Shown one piece after another: positions 39,130 through 58,376 of a DNA stretch of 64,000 nucleotides. The first letter of the stretch is position 1, and each line of letters begins with the position of its first letter. The position numbers and the translations under genes were made by a program. The DNA comes from the human T2T-CHM13v2.0 reference genome, Homo sapiens: NCBI RefSeq assembly GCF_009914755.1, contig NC_060927.1; one strand, given 5' to 3'. The notes beneath the pieces are model-generated. The model ran no database searches, was not told the origin of the DNA, and was given only the letters and a program-made list of their open reading frames with translations.

Positions 39130-39338
39130 TCATAGCCTGCAAAAGTAACATCCCTCTAGTGGGCATTTAGAAATATTTGAGCAGATTTTTGACTGTCAAA
39201 GGGCTAAGAGATAGTATTGACATTCAGTGATCCTGGTCTATGGATGCTAAATGTCCTGGAATATACAGAATGATACTGCATAACAAAGATTTTTCCAGGC
39301 TAAAATGCTCCTGAGATCTCCAGTAAGAAACACTGGTT
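39130..39338. mobile_element. MER20-like hAT-Charlie
   Basis: gggcatttagaaat...gacattcagtg...ggatgctaaatgtcct...aacaaaga...agaaacactgg. Confidence 0.55.
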
Positions 39339-39876
39339 TAACCCAATCCCGATAATCACATTGCCCTTTTAATCTACCTTACTTTTAAATTAGTTTGGAT
39401 ATGTTACCTAATTCTGGATAGTGAGGTGTAATGGGAAGTATTACATAGGATGAGTGTGGTGGGAGGCTTTAGTACAAAATAATATCTCTTCTTATTACTT
39501 ATAAATTAATATTATAAAGTAGACATCTATGACTTATTATTTACTCAATTATATGCATAATACTTGGAGCTATGGTGGCTTTCTTGCATCAAGGAAGACT
39601 AAAATCCACTGGCCAAATTTGAAGAGTAGACATATGATAGCATCTGGGTGTCTATTGATGTACATAATTCATATTTCTTGTTGTATGAGTGCTAGACTTA
39701 TGTGGGAAAAATAAACACCTTGGCTGTTTAAGTAATTATCAGTTTAATTTTCAAGTACCTATGGTTAAAAACATTCTTGACTGATACTGCTATCATTTAT
39801 TAATTACCTTACCTTTTTCTCACCGCCTTTATTTTATCTTTGAAAAAAATTAGGGGTCAGGCAGGTGTAGTTATCT

Positions 39877-39900
39877 AAAAAAAAAAAAAAAAAAAAAAAA
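39877..39900 (+). repeat. A24 homopolymer
   Basis: Directly visible. Confidence 0.95.
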
Positions 39901-41092
39901 GCCCTACTTATTTAATGGCAGAGTAGAACTACAGATATATTTTTTCCATTACTGATCTAGGATTATTAAACCATGTTGTATGCATTTTTTGCTTTAATTT
40001 CCTGAAAAATAATTGTGTATTTTGTAACTGCTTTCATTTGAAATATAAATATATCTGAGAAAAATAATAAACATGCCAGTTCATTAAAAATAATATTCTG
40101 AATGTGTTTTAAAGTTTAACTCCTCAACATGGCTCATCCTTTGATTTTTGAGCATTATAAAAATAGCCGTTCTTAGCAAGTCTTGCTTAATTCTGGTTCA
40201 ACAAGTGTAAAATTCAAGGCAGCTGGTTTTAAGCAGAACAAGAACAAGGCAAATCTTCTAATCAAGTAGACTCATACAAAAAGAAATATTGTAAAATATA
40301 AAATATTTTAAATTGTAAAAGCATTTCTCATTTGCCAGTTGTTTGGCAAATATATAATTGAACAAACTTGGAAAATAGTTTGTATGGCTCTGACTTTGCA
40401 GTAAAAAAATACGCATAGAAAATAAAGCATCTTGATGATAGCAATGCCATAATTTTACTTATTCTTAAAGAGTTTATACTATGGAACAATCATTGCCTCT
40501 TCTGGGAAGATAATAGGACAGAGAGAAAAGTCAAAATATGATATTTTCTTAGAAAGATGATCAAAAAACAAGCACTTACATGGAGTTTTCAACTTTGTAT
40601 ACAACATAAAAGGCATAATCACTTAAACGTTTCCTATGCCTGGAAAATTCTGTTAAAAGTAAATTTTTATGATTGCAGAAGTGTAATATCCCTTAGAAGA
40701 CCTAATGGAGATAAATTTGAAGCCTTCCAGTAAGTCACATTAGTTCAGCTTCCTGAAAGGTTGAAGGATGCTTCTTTTTTCACACACAATAAACAGGCTT
40801 AATGACAGCAAGATACAAGGGTATGTTGAAGCTGACAGGGTAATGACACATAATATGATTGATATAGAAGGGAAATTGTAATATTAGAACTGAGGCAGGT
40901 ATGAGGGATTTTCAAGTTCAGTGTTTATCATTTTTAAATTGTTTCAGTGACTCCCTTAAATACAATGCATCATGGCCCCTAGTTTTCACTTATATTTTTC
41001 TTATTAAAAATAAATATGTAAAAACTTGAAACTAAATATACATTTCAAAAGCTTAAAGCTCTTATATACCCATAAAATAAATACCAATAAAT

Positions 41093-41441
<349 letters not shown>

Positions 41442-41865
41442 TTATTTTCCTGGGAGGAAATCATTAATATTGAGTTTAATACTAGAAAAATATAGTTTTG
41501 GGTAGGATTATTTAGTTAATCTGTTTCCATATTTTTTTTTACCTGAAATAGCATTGTTTATAATCACATGTTGGTGGTAAACTCTCATAGATTTTATCTG
41601 ATGCTGTTTTAATTTTACCCTAATTCTTGAAAGATAATTTTACTGGTTCTATGATTCTAGGTAGAGAGACATTTCCTCTCAGGATTTTGAAGATAATATT
41701 CTACTCTTTTCTGGCTTTCATAGTCGCCATTAAGAAGTCTACAATGTAATTATCAAACTACAATAGATCTGTCTTCTTTTTGATGGCTTGTAAATATTCT
41801 TTGTTTTTGAGATTCTCTAGTTTCCTTGTTTTGCTGTAGACTCCTATTTATTTTTAAAATTTCAT

Positions 41866-42179
<314 letters not shown>

Positions 42180-42197
42180 CTATTGTGCTTGTGCTTC

Positions 42198-42262
42198 ATA
42201 TATGTGTATATATTTATATATATATATGAATGTGTGTGTGTGTGTGCGTGTATATATATATA
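42198..42262. repeat. Compound (TA)n/(TG)n microsatellite
   Basis: Directly visible. Confidence 0.85.
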
Positions 42263-42498
42263 CATTTCTTTTCATCAGTTTTGGAAATTCAAAGCTGAAT
42301 AGTTATTTAAATACTGCCTTTTCTTAAACCTCTTCTCCTGTGATTCCATGTAGATGAATAATGGACCTTTACATTCGATCCTGCAAATATTTAGTACTCC
42401 ATAAATTCTGCATCACATTTACTTCCTTTGTAACATTATGAGTAATTTCTTTATCATCCACTTATTTTATTCTTAATTTAGTTAAATCTAAGGTGGTG

Positions 42499-42793
<295 letters not shown>

Positions 42794-43859
42794 TTCTTAG
42801 ATGGTGTTTAGCCATACATTTCTAATTTGACCAATTATATTTTATTACTCAGTTTGATATTTAATTTGATTCAATTCTTCCTGTTAATTTTTGATAACAA
42901 AATGTTGCTAGTTCTTATTTATGACATTATATTTATGTAAACATAGTTTTATGTATCTACCAGTAATTCTGTGGAATTCCCTTGCTGGTATAAAATATTA
43001 TTTTGTTGTTCCTGCTAACTTATGAGGTCTCGTTTTTGTGGTGTTTCTAAGCATTATATATGAGTTCATATGTGGTTAATTTTAATCTGTGGAACATTTA
43101 AGGCCCTCATTTTAAGATGCTTTTTTTTTTTTTTTTGAGAAGATTGTATATTTTTTTCTGCTTAGACTTTTGGGGAATTACTGATCTTAGGGAAACTTAT
43201 TCCCCTTTTAGGGTCCCAGGTAGTTTCTGGGAAGGTCAGATTTAATTTTTTCTCTTGCATAGCCATTGCTGGAAGTGTCAGGTTCAATTCTCCCTCTTGT
43301 CTTTCCAGACTAGTTACTGTGTTTGTTTACTTACTTGTTGGTTTATTTGGCTATTTGAAGATTTCTCTTAATTATTCTGAAAGCATTGATCTGAAAAAAA
43401 AAATGTATTTGCTGCAAGATCTAGTTCTACTGAGGAAGGGCCTCAGGGTTATTTAATCTACCAAAAGTGGCTGAAAGTGGAAGTTCCATAGTTTGTAGAT
43501 TTTTTGCCACAGTTTTTTTTTTTTTTTTCAGCGTAGAACTGTAAGACTATGGAAATAAATTAGTAAATAATTCAAGTTTTAAAAATAGTACTGCTCTGAA
43601 AATACATGGGCTAAAATTCAATTTACTTAATTTTATATTTCATGTGAAATATATTGACATCTACTCATTGTAATCTTAGAATCAATCTATCTTAATGGCA
43701 AAAATTATCATGGAACTAATTCTTCCAAAGCTAACCGTTTAAAATCAGTATAACGCTCTCCATGGAACAGCCATGAGAAAACAACCTACCTGTTAGCAAC
43801 CAGGCTTGCTTACCACACAAAATATACTGTAGTACTTGACTTTTCATTTATTTTAGAAA

Positions 43860-44400
43860 AACAAAAAAAATGTATTGAATGCTTTCTGTGTTTCAGGCAT
43901 GTTCTCAGCTTGGTGGTTAAAAAGGTTAACAACACAAAGTTCATGGCCACATTGTAGTTACATTCCAGTGATGGAAGTCAGATAATATACAGTAAGCAAA
44001 CAAATAAATAAATAGGACAAATTTAGAAATCAGGGCAATGAAGGAAATAAAACTGATTTATATGATATAGAGTGACTTAGAAGGAGTATAACTGACTATT
44101 TGGATTGTATTATAAGTGATGGCTTCCCTGAGGAGGTAGAAATTGAGATGCTGACCTCAGGGAGAGGGATTCTAACAAAGGCTCAGCAAGTGCAATGGTC
44201 CTGTTGGATAATGGAGCTTAGCATTGTAGGAGGAACAAAAGAATGCCAATCTGACTGCAGCATTGTGATCCACTGTTAAGAGTGTTAAGACATTAAAGAA
44301 ACAGTCATGAAGGGAGATTTCAAAACCTTAGTAAAGAATTTGGATTATATTTTAAGTGCAGGGAAGGGACCTAAGAGAGTTTCAACAATGTGAGTGATTC
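43860..44400 (-). mobile_element. L2 3' fragment
   Basis: gtattgaatgctttctgtgtttcaggcatgttct...ggcttccctgaggaggt...cagcaagtgcaatggtcctg. Confidence 0.7.
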
Positions 44401-44719
44401 TTTATATATTTACATTATTCATGTAATATATATTTATATTCTAATTCATAATCATAAGTAATATTTGATAATTTTATAATTATAATATTTCAAAATAGTA
44501 TAAAAATGCTTAAAATGTATTTATAAATATCTTATAATTATTATATCAAATTATATCTCATATGAACCTAACACCTAGCACTGAAAATTGTTGAGCAGAT
44601 GCCAGAGAAGGGAAGGGGTGTTATGAGCTAATTAAAAATCTGAAATGATATCTCTTTATAGATCATTTTCACCAAATAATATATACAGATAAATTATTTC
44701 AAGAATTCATTAGGCTATC

Positions 44720-45530
44720 TTTTTGAATAGTTTTATTTAGGTAAAACTGATATACAATAAACTACACATATTTAAATTGTGCAATTTGAGAAGTTTTGAT
44801 GTGTACGTTTGTGAATTCATCATTACAATGTAATGAGATATTCATTACCTGCAAAAATTTCTTCATGACTTGTTTTAATTCCATTTTCTCACTCACCTTT
44901 CTAATCCCAGGTTACTACTGATCTGCTAACTTTTACTATTGATTAGTTCTGTCACTATAGATAAGAATTTTATATGAATGGAATCACTCAGTATGTACTC
45001 TTTAGTCTGACTTCTTTTGCCCAGCATCCATCCATGTTGTAGCAAGTTCAAGAGATTGTTCCTTTTTTATTGTTGAGTAGTGTTCCATTGGAAGGGTATA
45101 TCACCATTTGTTTATTCATTCATGTGTCGGACATTTGGATTGTTTTCAGATTTTTGCAATTACAAAAAAGATGCTTTTAACATTTGCGTACAAGTCTTTG
45201 TATAGACATGTATGTTTATTTCTCTTAAATAAACACATAGGAATAGAATGGCTGGATTATTACTTTTTAAGAAACTGCCAAATTGTTTTCCAAGGTAGTT
45301 GTACCATTTTCATTCCCATCAGCAGTGTATGAGAGTTCCACTTCCTCTGTAACCCCAACGACACTTGGTATAGGCCGTCTTTTTAATTCTGGTCAGTCTA
45401 CTAAGTATGTAGTGATATCTCATTGTTATTTAATTTTTATTTCTTTATTCACTAATGATGTTGATCTTTTTTATGTGCTTATTTGTTATCCATATATCTT
45501 CTATGGTTAAACATTTGTTCAAATAATTTT
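44720..45530 (-). mobile_element. L1MB7/8-like 3' end
   Basis: atatacaataaactacacatatttaaattgtgcaatttg...gaaactgccaaattgttttccaaggtagttgtaccattt. Confidence 0.8.
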
Positions 45531-45776
45531 TTTGTTGTTTTAACCAATAGGCAATGGTGGCTTAGTATCAGATATTACAATAAAAGAATAATCTTTTTTA
45601 TTTTTACTTTTTCTCATTCTCTCTTAGCATCATTTATTTATTAATCTATCTGTCAATTAACATGACATAAATGGGCAATTACAAAGTTTCAAGCACTGGG
45701 GATACATTGAAGAGTGAGACTCTGTACCTGCTCTCAATCAGCAGGTACAAAAAATGTTCATTAAAATCTAATGTAT

Positions 45777-46113
45777 GGTCACACGTCACTTAATGATTGG
45801 GATACATTCTAAGAAATATGTCATAAGGCAATTTTGTTATTATGCGAACATCATAGAGTGTACTTACACAAACTTAGATGGTATTGCCTACTACACAGCT
45901 AGGCTATGATATAGGCTCTTGCTCTAGGCTGTCAGCCTGCAAGCATGTTACTATACTGTACTCAATACAGTAGACAATTGTAACACAATGGTAATTGTTT
46001 GTGTATCTAAACATAGAAAATGTACAGTAAAATATGGTATTATGATCTTATGAGACCACTCTTGTATATGTGGTCCATCATTTACCAAAACATCGTTATG
46101 CAGTGCATAACTG
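45777..46113. mobile_element. Tigger3a-like DNA transposon
   Basis: gtcacacgtcacttaatg...gcgaacatcatagagtgtacttacacaaac...cgttatgcagtgcataactg. Confidence 0.85.
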
Positions 46114-46409
46114 TGATTATAATGTATTCCTTTGACCTAGTATTTTGTAGTTTATGATTGATTTATGTGGATGCTTCCTATAAGGGAAAAGATTAAGAGA
46201 TGATGCTATGCTACATAAGATTCTGCCTCAGCGTTCAGAGTTCACACTGCTCTTGGGAAAGAAAACAAAGAGCTGAAAAATATTGTAGCAGAAAGTAAGT
46301 TTAAAATAGAAAATATTAAAAGTAAGTCTCTATCAATACAGAGGATTTCCTGGAGGCACTGGGGACTTTTGGATTTGGGGAATTGATAAGATTTTTTAAG
46401 GCTTTTAAT

Positions 46410-46633
46410 CTTTTAATTTAATGTAATTTAATTATTTTTAGAGACAGGGTCTCACTTTGTTGCCCAAGGTGGAGTGCAGTGGTGTGATCTTGGCTCATTG
46501 TAGCTTCGGCCTGCTGGGCTCAAGTGATCCTTCCACCTCAGCCTCCTGAGTAGCTAGGATGACAGGCACATGCTACCATGCCTGGCTTTTTTTTTTTTTT
46601 TGTAGAGAAGGGGTCTCACTATGTTATCTAGAG
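46410..46633 (-). mobile_element. AluJ, 5'-truncated
   Basis: gagacagggtctcactttgttgccc...ctgggctcaagtgatccttcc; ends early in the left arm. Confidence 0.9.
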
Positions 46634-47854
46634 TGATAATTGTTTTTAATACATGAATAATATGAAGAGATATGATTAGTGAGGTGAGGAGCAGCAATAT
46701 TTAAGTTTTTGAAGAGCAAGAAAATGCCGCGCCATTTGGACTGACTAGTTTCCTGGGAATCATGAGAGTTTAGGATACATAGTGTTATCCTGACCACAGA
46801 CATGATAATAAGTGGGTCGTCATCTTATTTCAGATCATAGATGCCTCTGAAAGACTTATTAGTGAAGTATATAATTAGAGGATCTTAATCTTCTCAGAAA
46901 TCATCATCACCTATAAATGCATGGTCTGAACATTTTTTAATAGCTTAGTGGGATTTTTAGCTACACCAGATTATCATGTAGATTTTATAACCTCGTTAAG
47001 GTACAGTGCTTAGCATAGAAACCAAGACAGGGGACCGAGTTTCCCACGAAAATATTTATTTTTAACCTTACAGACATCTTTATACTCTACTCTGCTCTTA
47101 GAATTTTACTTTTTCTTTTGCTTCACCCTGTGATAGATAAAACAACATTCTGAAATGCTAGGGAAGTACAAACTCTGGCCTCTTAGGGTAGGAAAATTTT
47201 TTCAGTCTGTGCATGCTCTAGGCTGGACTGAATGCTAAGTGCTTTACCTTACAAACTTGCTGGAGAAAAGGAGAATCTACTTTATCTATCAGTTCAGAAA
47301 GTCAGAAGGCATGGGGTATGTGATCCTAACAATATTTATTCTAACGGAATAGGCTAGGAGATACGGAAGCTTTAAGATGAAGGTCACTCACTCACTAATA
47401 CATAGGGATTTTTGTTGTTGTTATTTTGTCCTGTTAGTTCCCTCTCTCTCTCTTTTTTTCTGGTGATATGATAAAGTGTTCCAGTGCTATCAACTCACTA
47501 CAGTAGGACCTTGAAAGAACAAACTACAGAAAGAAATAATTGCTTATAGCTTCCTGTTTTCTGCAATTTCAAATACAGACTTTAAAAAAGATTATCATCA
47601 GACAGTATTCTATGGTATATCAGTATGACAAGGGGTTTCTATTACAATTGGTGACAAATGTTCACTCGAAGAAAGAAAGCTTATTATAAGCAACATATTT
47701 AATTTAATATTTGATAGTAATGTTTTAATTTGGTATTTAAATTAATACTGAATTTAATTTAATTTTGAATTATTAATTATAAATTCATGCAAATAAATTT
47801 GTTCATAATACCAAAATAACTAATACTGGAGGATAAATGAGACAAGTTTAGAAA

Positions 47855-48021
47855 CATATATACAGGCAGATACATACCATGTGATGGAAGATAGATTAAA
47901 AAAACTTCCCAAGGTATGGGAAAATATTATCAATTCATATATACAGGCAGATACATACCATGTGATGGAAAATAGATAAAAAAAAACTTCCCAAGGTATG
48001 GGAAAATATTATCAATTCATA
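47855..48021. repeat. Tandem duplication, 2 copies of 81/82 bp
   Basis: 47855-47935 and 47936-48017 are nearly identical. Confidence 0.97.
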
Positions 48022-48067
48022 CCCCATGGATTAATTGGATAATATCAGACCAATTCATATCATAGAA

Positions 48068-48648
48068 CAGTAAGTCCTCTCTTAACATAATTGATAGGTT
48101 CTTTAAAACTGTGACTTTAATGGAAATGATGTATAAAGAAGTCAATTTAACAATACACTAATTGATATAAACAAGATTTAAGTTCCTGCAGCATATTTTT
48201 GGTCACAAAAACATCACCAAACTTCTAAATAAAATCTCTAAGCACTTCTAATATTAAACAATAAAATAATTGTGAGCTATACATAAATTTAAGAAAGATT
48301 AATAAAAACAAGCAAAATCATTATTTACCCAGTTTTTACAGTTCAGGGTCATGGGTGGCTGTTGTTTATTCCAGCAGCTCAGGGTCCTAGGCAGGAACCA
48401 GATCTGGACAGGATGCCATTCTGTCACAGGGCACACTCACACACACACCCCACTCACTCATACTGGGGCAACTTAGACATGCCAGTTAACCTAACTTGCA
48501 CATCTTTGGGATTTGGGAAGAAATCATAGTACTTAGAAAAAATCCACGCAGACGTGGGGAGAATGTACAAATACCATACAGACAGTAGCCCCAGTAAGAA
48601 TCAGTTTTTTCTCATTATAATAAAATGGATGCTATTCAAGAACCTGTG
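48068..48648 (-). mobile_element. MER6A-like TcMar-Tigger
   Basis: cagtaagtcctc...cacgcagacgtggggagaatg...tattcaagaacctg. Confidence 0.8.
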
Positions 48649-48785
48649 ATAGTTATCTTCTGAAGAGCATAATTTGTCCTGTGACATATCTCAGTCCATG
48701 CATATAACTTATCATTACACAGTTACAATATATTCCAGGACACATTACCCATGAAAGAAATATTCCTTTAAAAATTCCAGTTCTG

Positions 48786-49106
<321 letters not shown>

Positions 49107-49444
49107 TTATCAGTGTTGGATAAGATGAGAGTTGGATATGTGATCCAGTTTTAAGTGATTTCCCAGGGTGATGCATATAGGTATTAGCAAAAAGTCTAGA
49201 ATTCAGGTCTCATGATCCCTACTTTGGTGTTCTTTTCATTACAATACTCCTCTTCCCAACTTCTATTTAATCCCCATCTCCACTTTTATAATTTCTCTCT
49301 ACGTGATCAACAAATAAATTCAATACAGAGTTAAATTTAGCCAAAGGAAGTGCTTGCTATCTGAAATAATTTGTATTAGTAAAAGTTTAATGTAAACACA
49401 TGTAAAACAACAATAAAAATTTTGTTATAAAACTCTCACATACA

Positions 49445-51185
<1,741 letters not shown>

Positions 51186-53317
51186 TGAAAAAGTATGTAT
51201 TTATAGACATAAATAGTTTTATAAACATGGATAGTTCCATAAACATACTAATATTTAGTGGGATGCTAGCTGCATTCCATTTCATCACTTTCTTTTACTT
51301 CAATACAAAAAAAATCTCTAGCTTAACATTCTAATAATTTTAAATTATCCATAATCTAAGGAACCATAGCCAATTTGCCAACAATTGCCATTTGGAAAGA
51401 TAAATCAGTGATTATAACTAGTTTGTATGGTTTGACTCATGTTATTTCCTGTCTCTTTTCTACCTACATCTCTACCTCCCCTTATCTGTCAATGGGAAGC
51501 TATGGGTATGATAAATGGAAGAGACAAAATGGGCATTTAGCTCATTTTAGCAAAGTAATGAGACTTTCCATTGGGAAACTCCCCTCAATCAAACAGAATA
51601 TTGTTTAAGTTATTGCTACATACATAGTTTACTGCTTGCCAATATGTTTGTTTCTTTGAAGTTTGCATGCTTGATCCATTTGAGAACTAAGGAATTAATG
51701 AGTGATATATCATTTATTCCACTTTTTAGATAAACATTTTATGCAGATTATGATAAATTTAAATCTGTAAAGCTGATCTTCTGAGAAATTTCAGTAATTC
51801 GTTAGGGACCATTATGTTTGTGAACTCATAATTATAAAATTACATTTTGTAAATGGTGAAACCCAAGTTTATAAATTTTATGAGTCAAATGCTATAAAGA
51901 TAGTTTATGTTTGTTTGTAAATTTGTCCTTCAAAATATATCTATGTTGGTCAAGAGAAATAGGATTTGACTTACCTTACATATGAATTCTTTTTACAATG
52001 ACCTTTTCAGGTTTCCTTGAATTAATAGCATTTTATCCAATTTTCTTGTGTTTAGACCTAGGAATTTAAAGGAGTTAAAATTTGAACTTTAAAGGAGGCA
52101 TCTTAGAAATATTGAAGAGGAAAGGAATTTTCCATGATTAAATTTTCATTCCAGTGGGTTTTGCTTTTGCCTAGGAATGATTTTAGTTTTTAAATAAAGT
52201 CCATTCTTTGAATCAGATCTTTTGGAATATTTTTCTCATTATAGTGGAGAAGACCTAGTCCTTAATCTTTACTTCTCAACCCAACATGATTCAAATTATT
52301 TTATATTCCCCAAACAAAATTCAGGCATTCATAATATAGGTACAACATCATATGGTGCTTGATGTATATAGTTATTTATTCCTTTATTTAAATATAGTCT
52401 CATTTGCCACAGGATTTGAGATAACCTTGAACACAGTGTGAAGAACAAGGAATATTAGTAGAATAGAAATACAGACAAGGTAAAAGAAAAATACAAACTT
52501 GCTGTCCTAAGGTCAGACATATTCATTATAGTTGGTAGTTGAATATGGCTCTGAACTTCCTTGCAGTCAAAGTAAGAAACGGTACTTTGTGTCTTTCATC
52601 ATGTTCATTGTTATAATATAAAAATATATCCACTGCTAGCTCTTAATTCTCAAAGTAGTTTCTCATAGAGAGCTTTACATAGGAACTGGCAAATGATATA
52701 GTAATGAATTTTCTGTAGTGACAAATTTCTTTAATTAAAGAAGGCCTAACACTGAAAAACAACTCCAAGAAGATGATTCTGGGTTTCTAAAGTTAATATT
52801 ATCAAAATTTGTATTCTTAAGGTGATATGGCTTGATCTATGGAAATAATACAGAACATATAGAAGAGTGGCTAGGCTTTAGTTTCTACAAATCATCTTTC
52901 ATAAACCTAATTTATCAGAGGAATAAAAAAATGTTTATAGACTGGAGACAGATAAGATAAAAATCTTGATATATTAGCGATTCTGGTAAGCTTTAATATT
53001 ATTTGCAGAAACTACTAGACACTAGCAACCATATTTACCTCCTGGAACTTTTCAGTAGCCAGTTTTGGAAAAAGAATGTGAATATTCAGAAATGTTAAGA
53101 TGGACTGGCTACTGTTCTTTCTCAGATGTTGGAGGGCCGTATAGTGGAAATTTGTTCCTTTTTGTAATGAATCATTGTTCTCACAAATTGAATGTGACTA
53201 ACTTCAATGTGTGTGTCCTTTCATTCAAGGTGTATATCATTTATAAGGCCTTTGTTTATAAATAGCAGAGAATGTGATTCACACTGATTTAAAAATTGAA
53301 GTGAATGTATTGGCTTA

Positions 53318-54276
<959 letters not shown>

Positions 54277-55082
54277 GCCACATCAAAGAAAATTCTAGTG
54301 ATAGGGTGATTTTTCAGTGCAATTTATAAGAGTTCTGGCTCCTTTCCTATGAAATTCTCATGTCTATGTCCCCATGTTTTCCTCTTGGGGGAAAACTGGC
54401 TGTAGGAACTCTGGTTTCAAATCCATATACTACACTTCCAGAAGTAAAGAAATAGCCTTTTACCTTATTCAGCACATATTATTCCCCAAGTCACCTTGAT
54501 GATTCAGACTGGTCAAACTAATGAGAAACCTGGCACTGGATTAAAGAGGCAACATTGGAAGCCACATTTTGAGAAGGCCACTTGAGTGAGCTCATATCAA
54601 ATTTTATACAAAATTTTCCATCCCTCCACCCACCTCCATGCAGGTAAAAGCGGTTCTTATGAGAGGAGCCTGTTTGTATTTACTAACTCCATAATAACAG
54701 GAGAATTATGCTTCCCACTTACACTTCCACATATAGTTAAGTAAGTAGAATGCCTAGATTTTCTATTTCCAGGAAAGTACAAGGATTTTATTTCAAATAC
54801 TTGGCTCTGGCCTTTTCTAATTTCTTTACTCATTAAGGGTAAACTTCCAAAGTGTGTTCATTTCAGATTAAAATCAGACTTTAGTCCTTTCTATTCTTCA
54901 GTGGCAACCTTTATTCTCCCCAAATTATAGGCCATTTAGTTTACTAGATATTCTGTCCAGACTATGTGTTTGTTTGTTGGTAAATCACAAGCATTGGATT
55001 CTCAGGCTAATATTCTGCATGAGGTTTCTGTATCTCTGTATTTTATTATAGTGCAAGGAACATTTCAAGATAAACATATGAA

Positions 55083-55369
<287 letters not shown>

Positions 55370-55607
55370 TAACATATGAATTTCTTTTGCAGATCTGATT
55401 GACTTCTTTCTCACCCTTGTCCCCAAACATAAACTCATTATTAGCTAGACTGGATGAGTTATTGATTCTCAATATAATCTTAAAACTACTTTGAGAACCT
55501 AGATTTGTCTGAATGGTATCTTGATAGATTATTTAATAATTTCTAATGGGATAAATAAGGGTACGTCTGGCTCCTCTTCTTAACGTATCCTAATGCTATG
55601 ATAATAA

Positions 55608-55967
<360 letters not shown>

Positions 55968-56069
55968 TCACTTCTACTCTTAACCCAGCAGTATTTCATG
56001 TAAAAGAAGAAGATATTCCTTTGATTTTAGAACAATGACACTTTTTTTTATCTTTAATATTTTGGTGTA

Positions 56070-58376
<2,307 letters not shown>

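Noticed and set aside
39877-39900. Isolated A24 as a processed pseudogene or solo-tail insertion
   Set aside because: No TSD or upstream cDNA/TE body visible
48330-48600. SINE-like GC-richer sequence unlike Alu or MIR
   Set aside because: It is the known internal part of MER6
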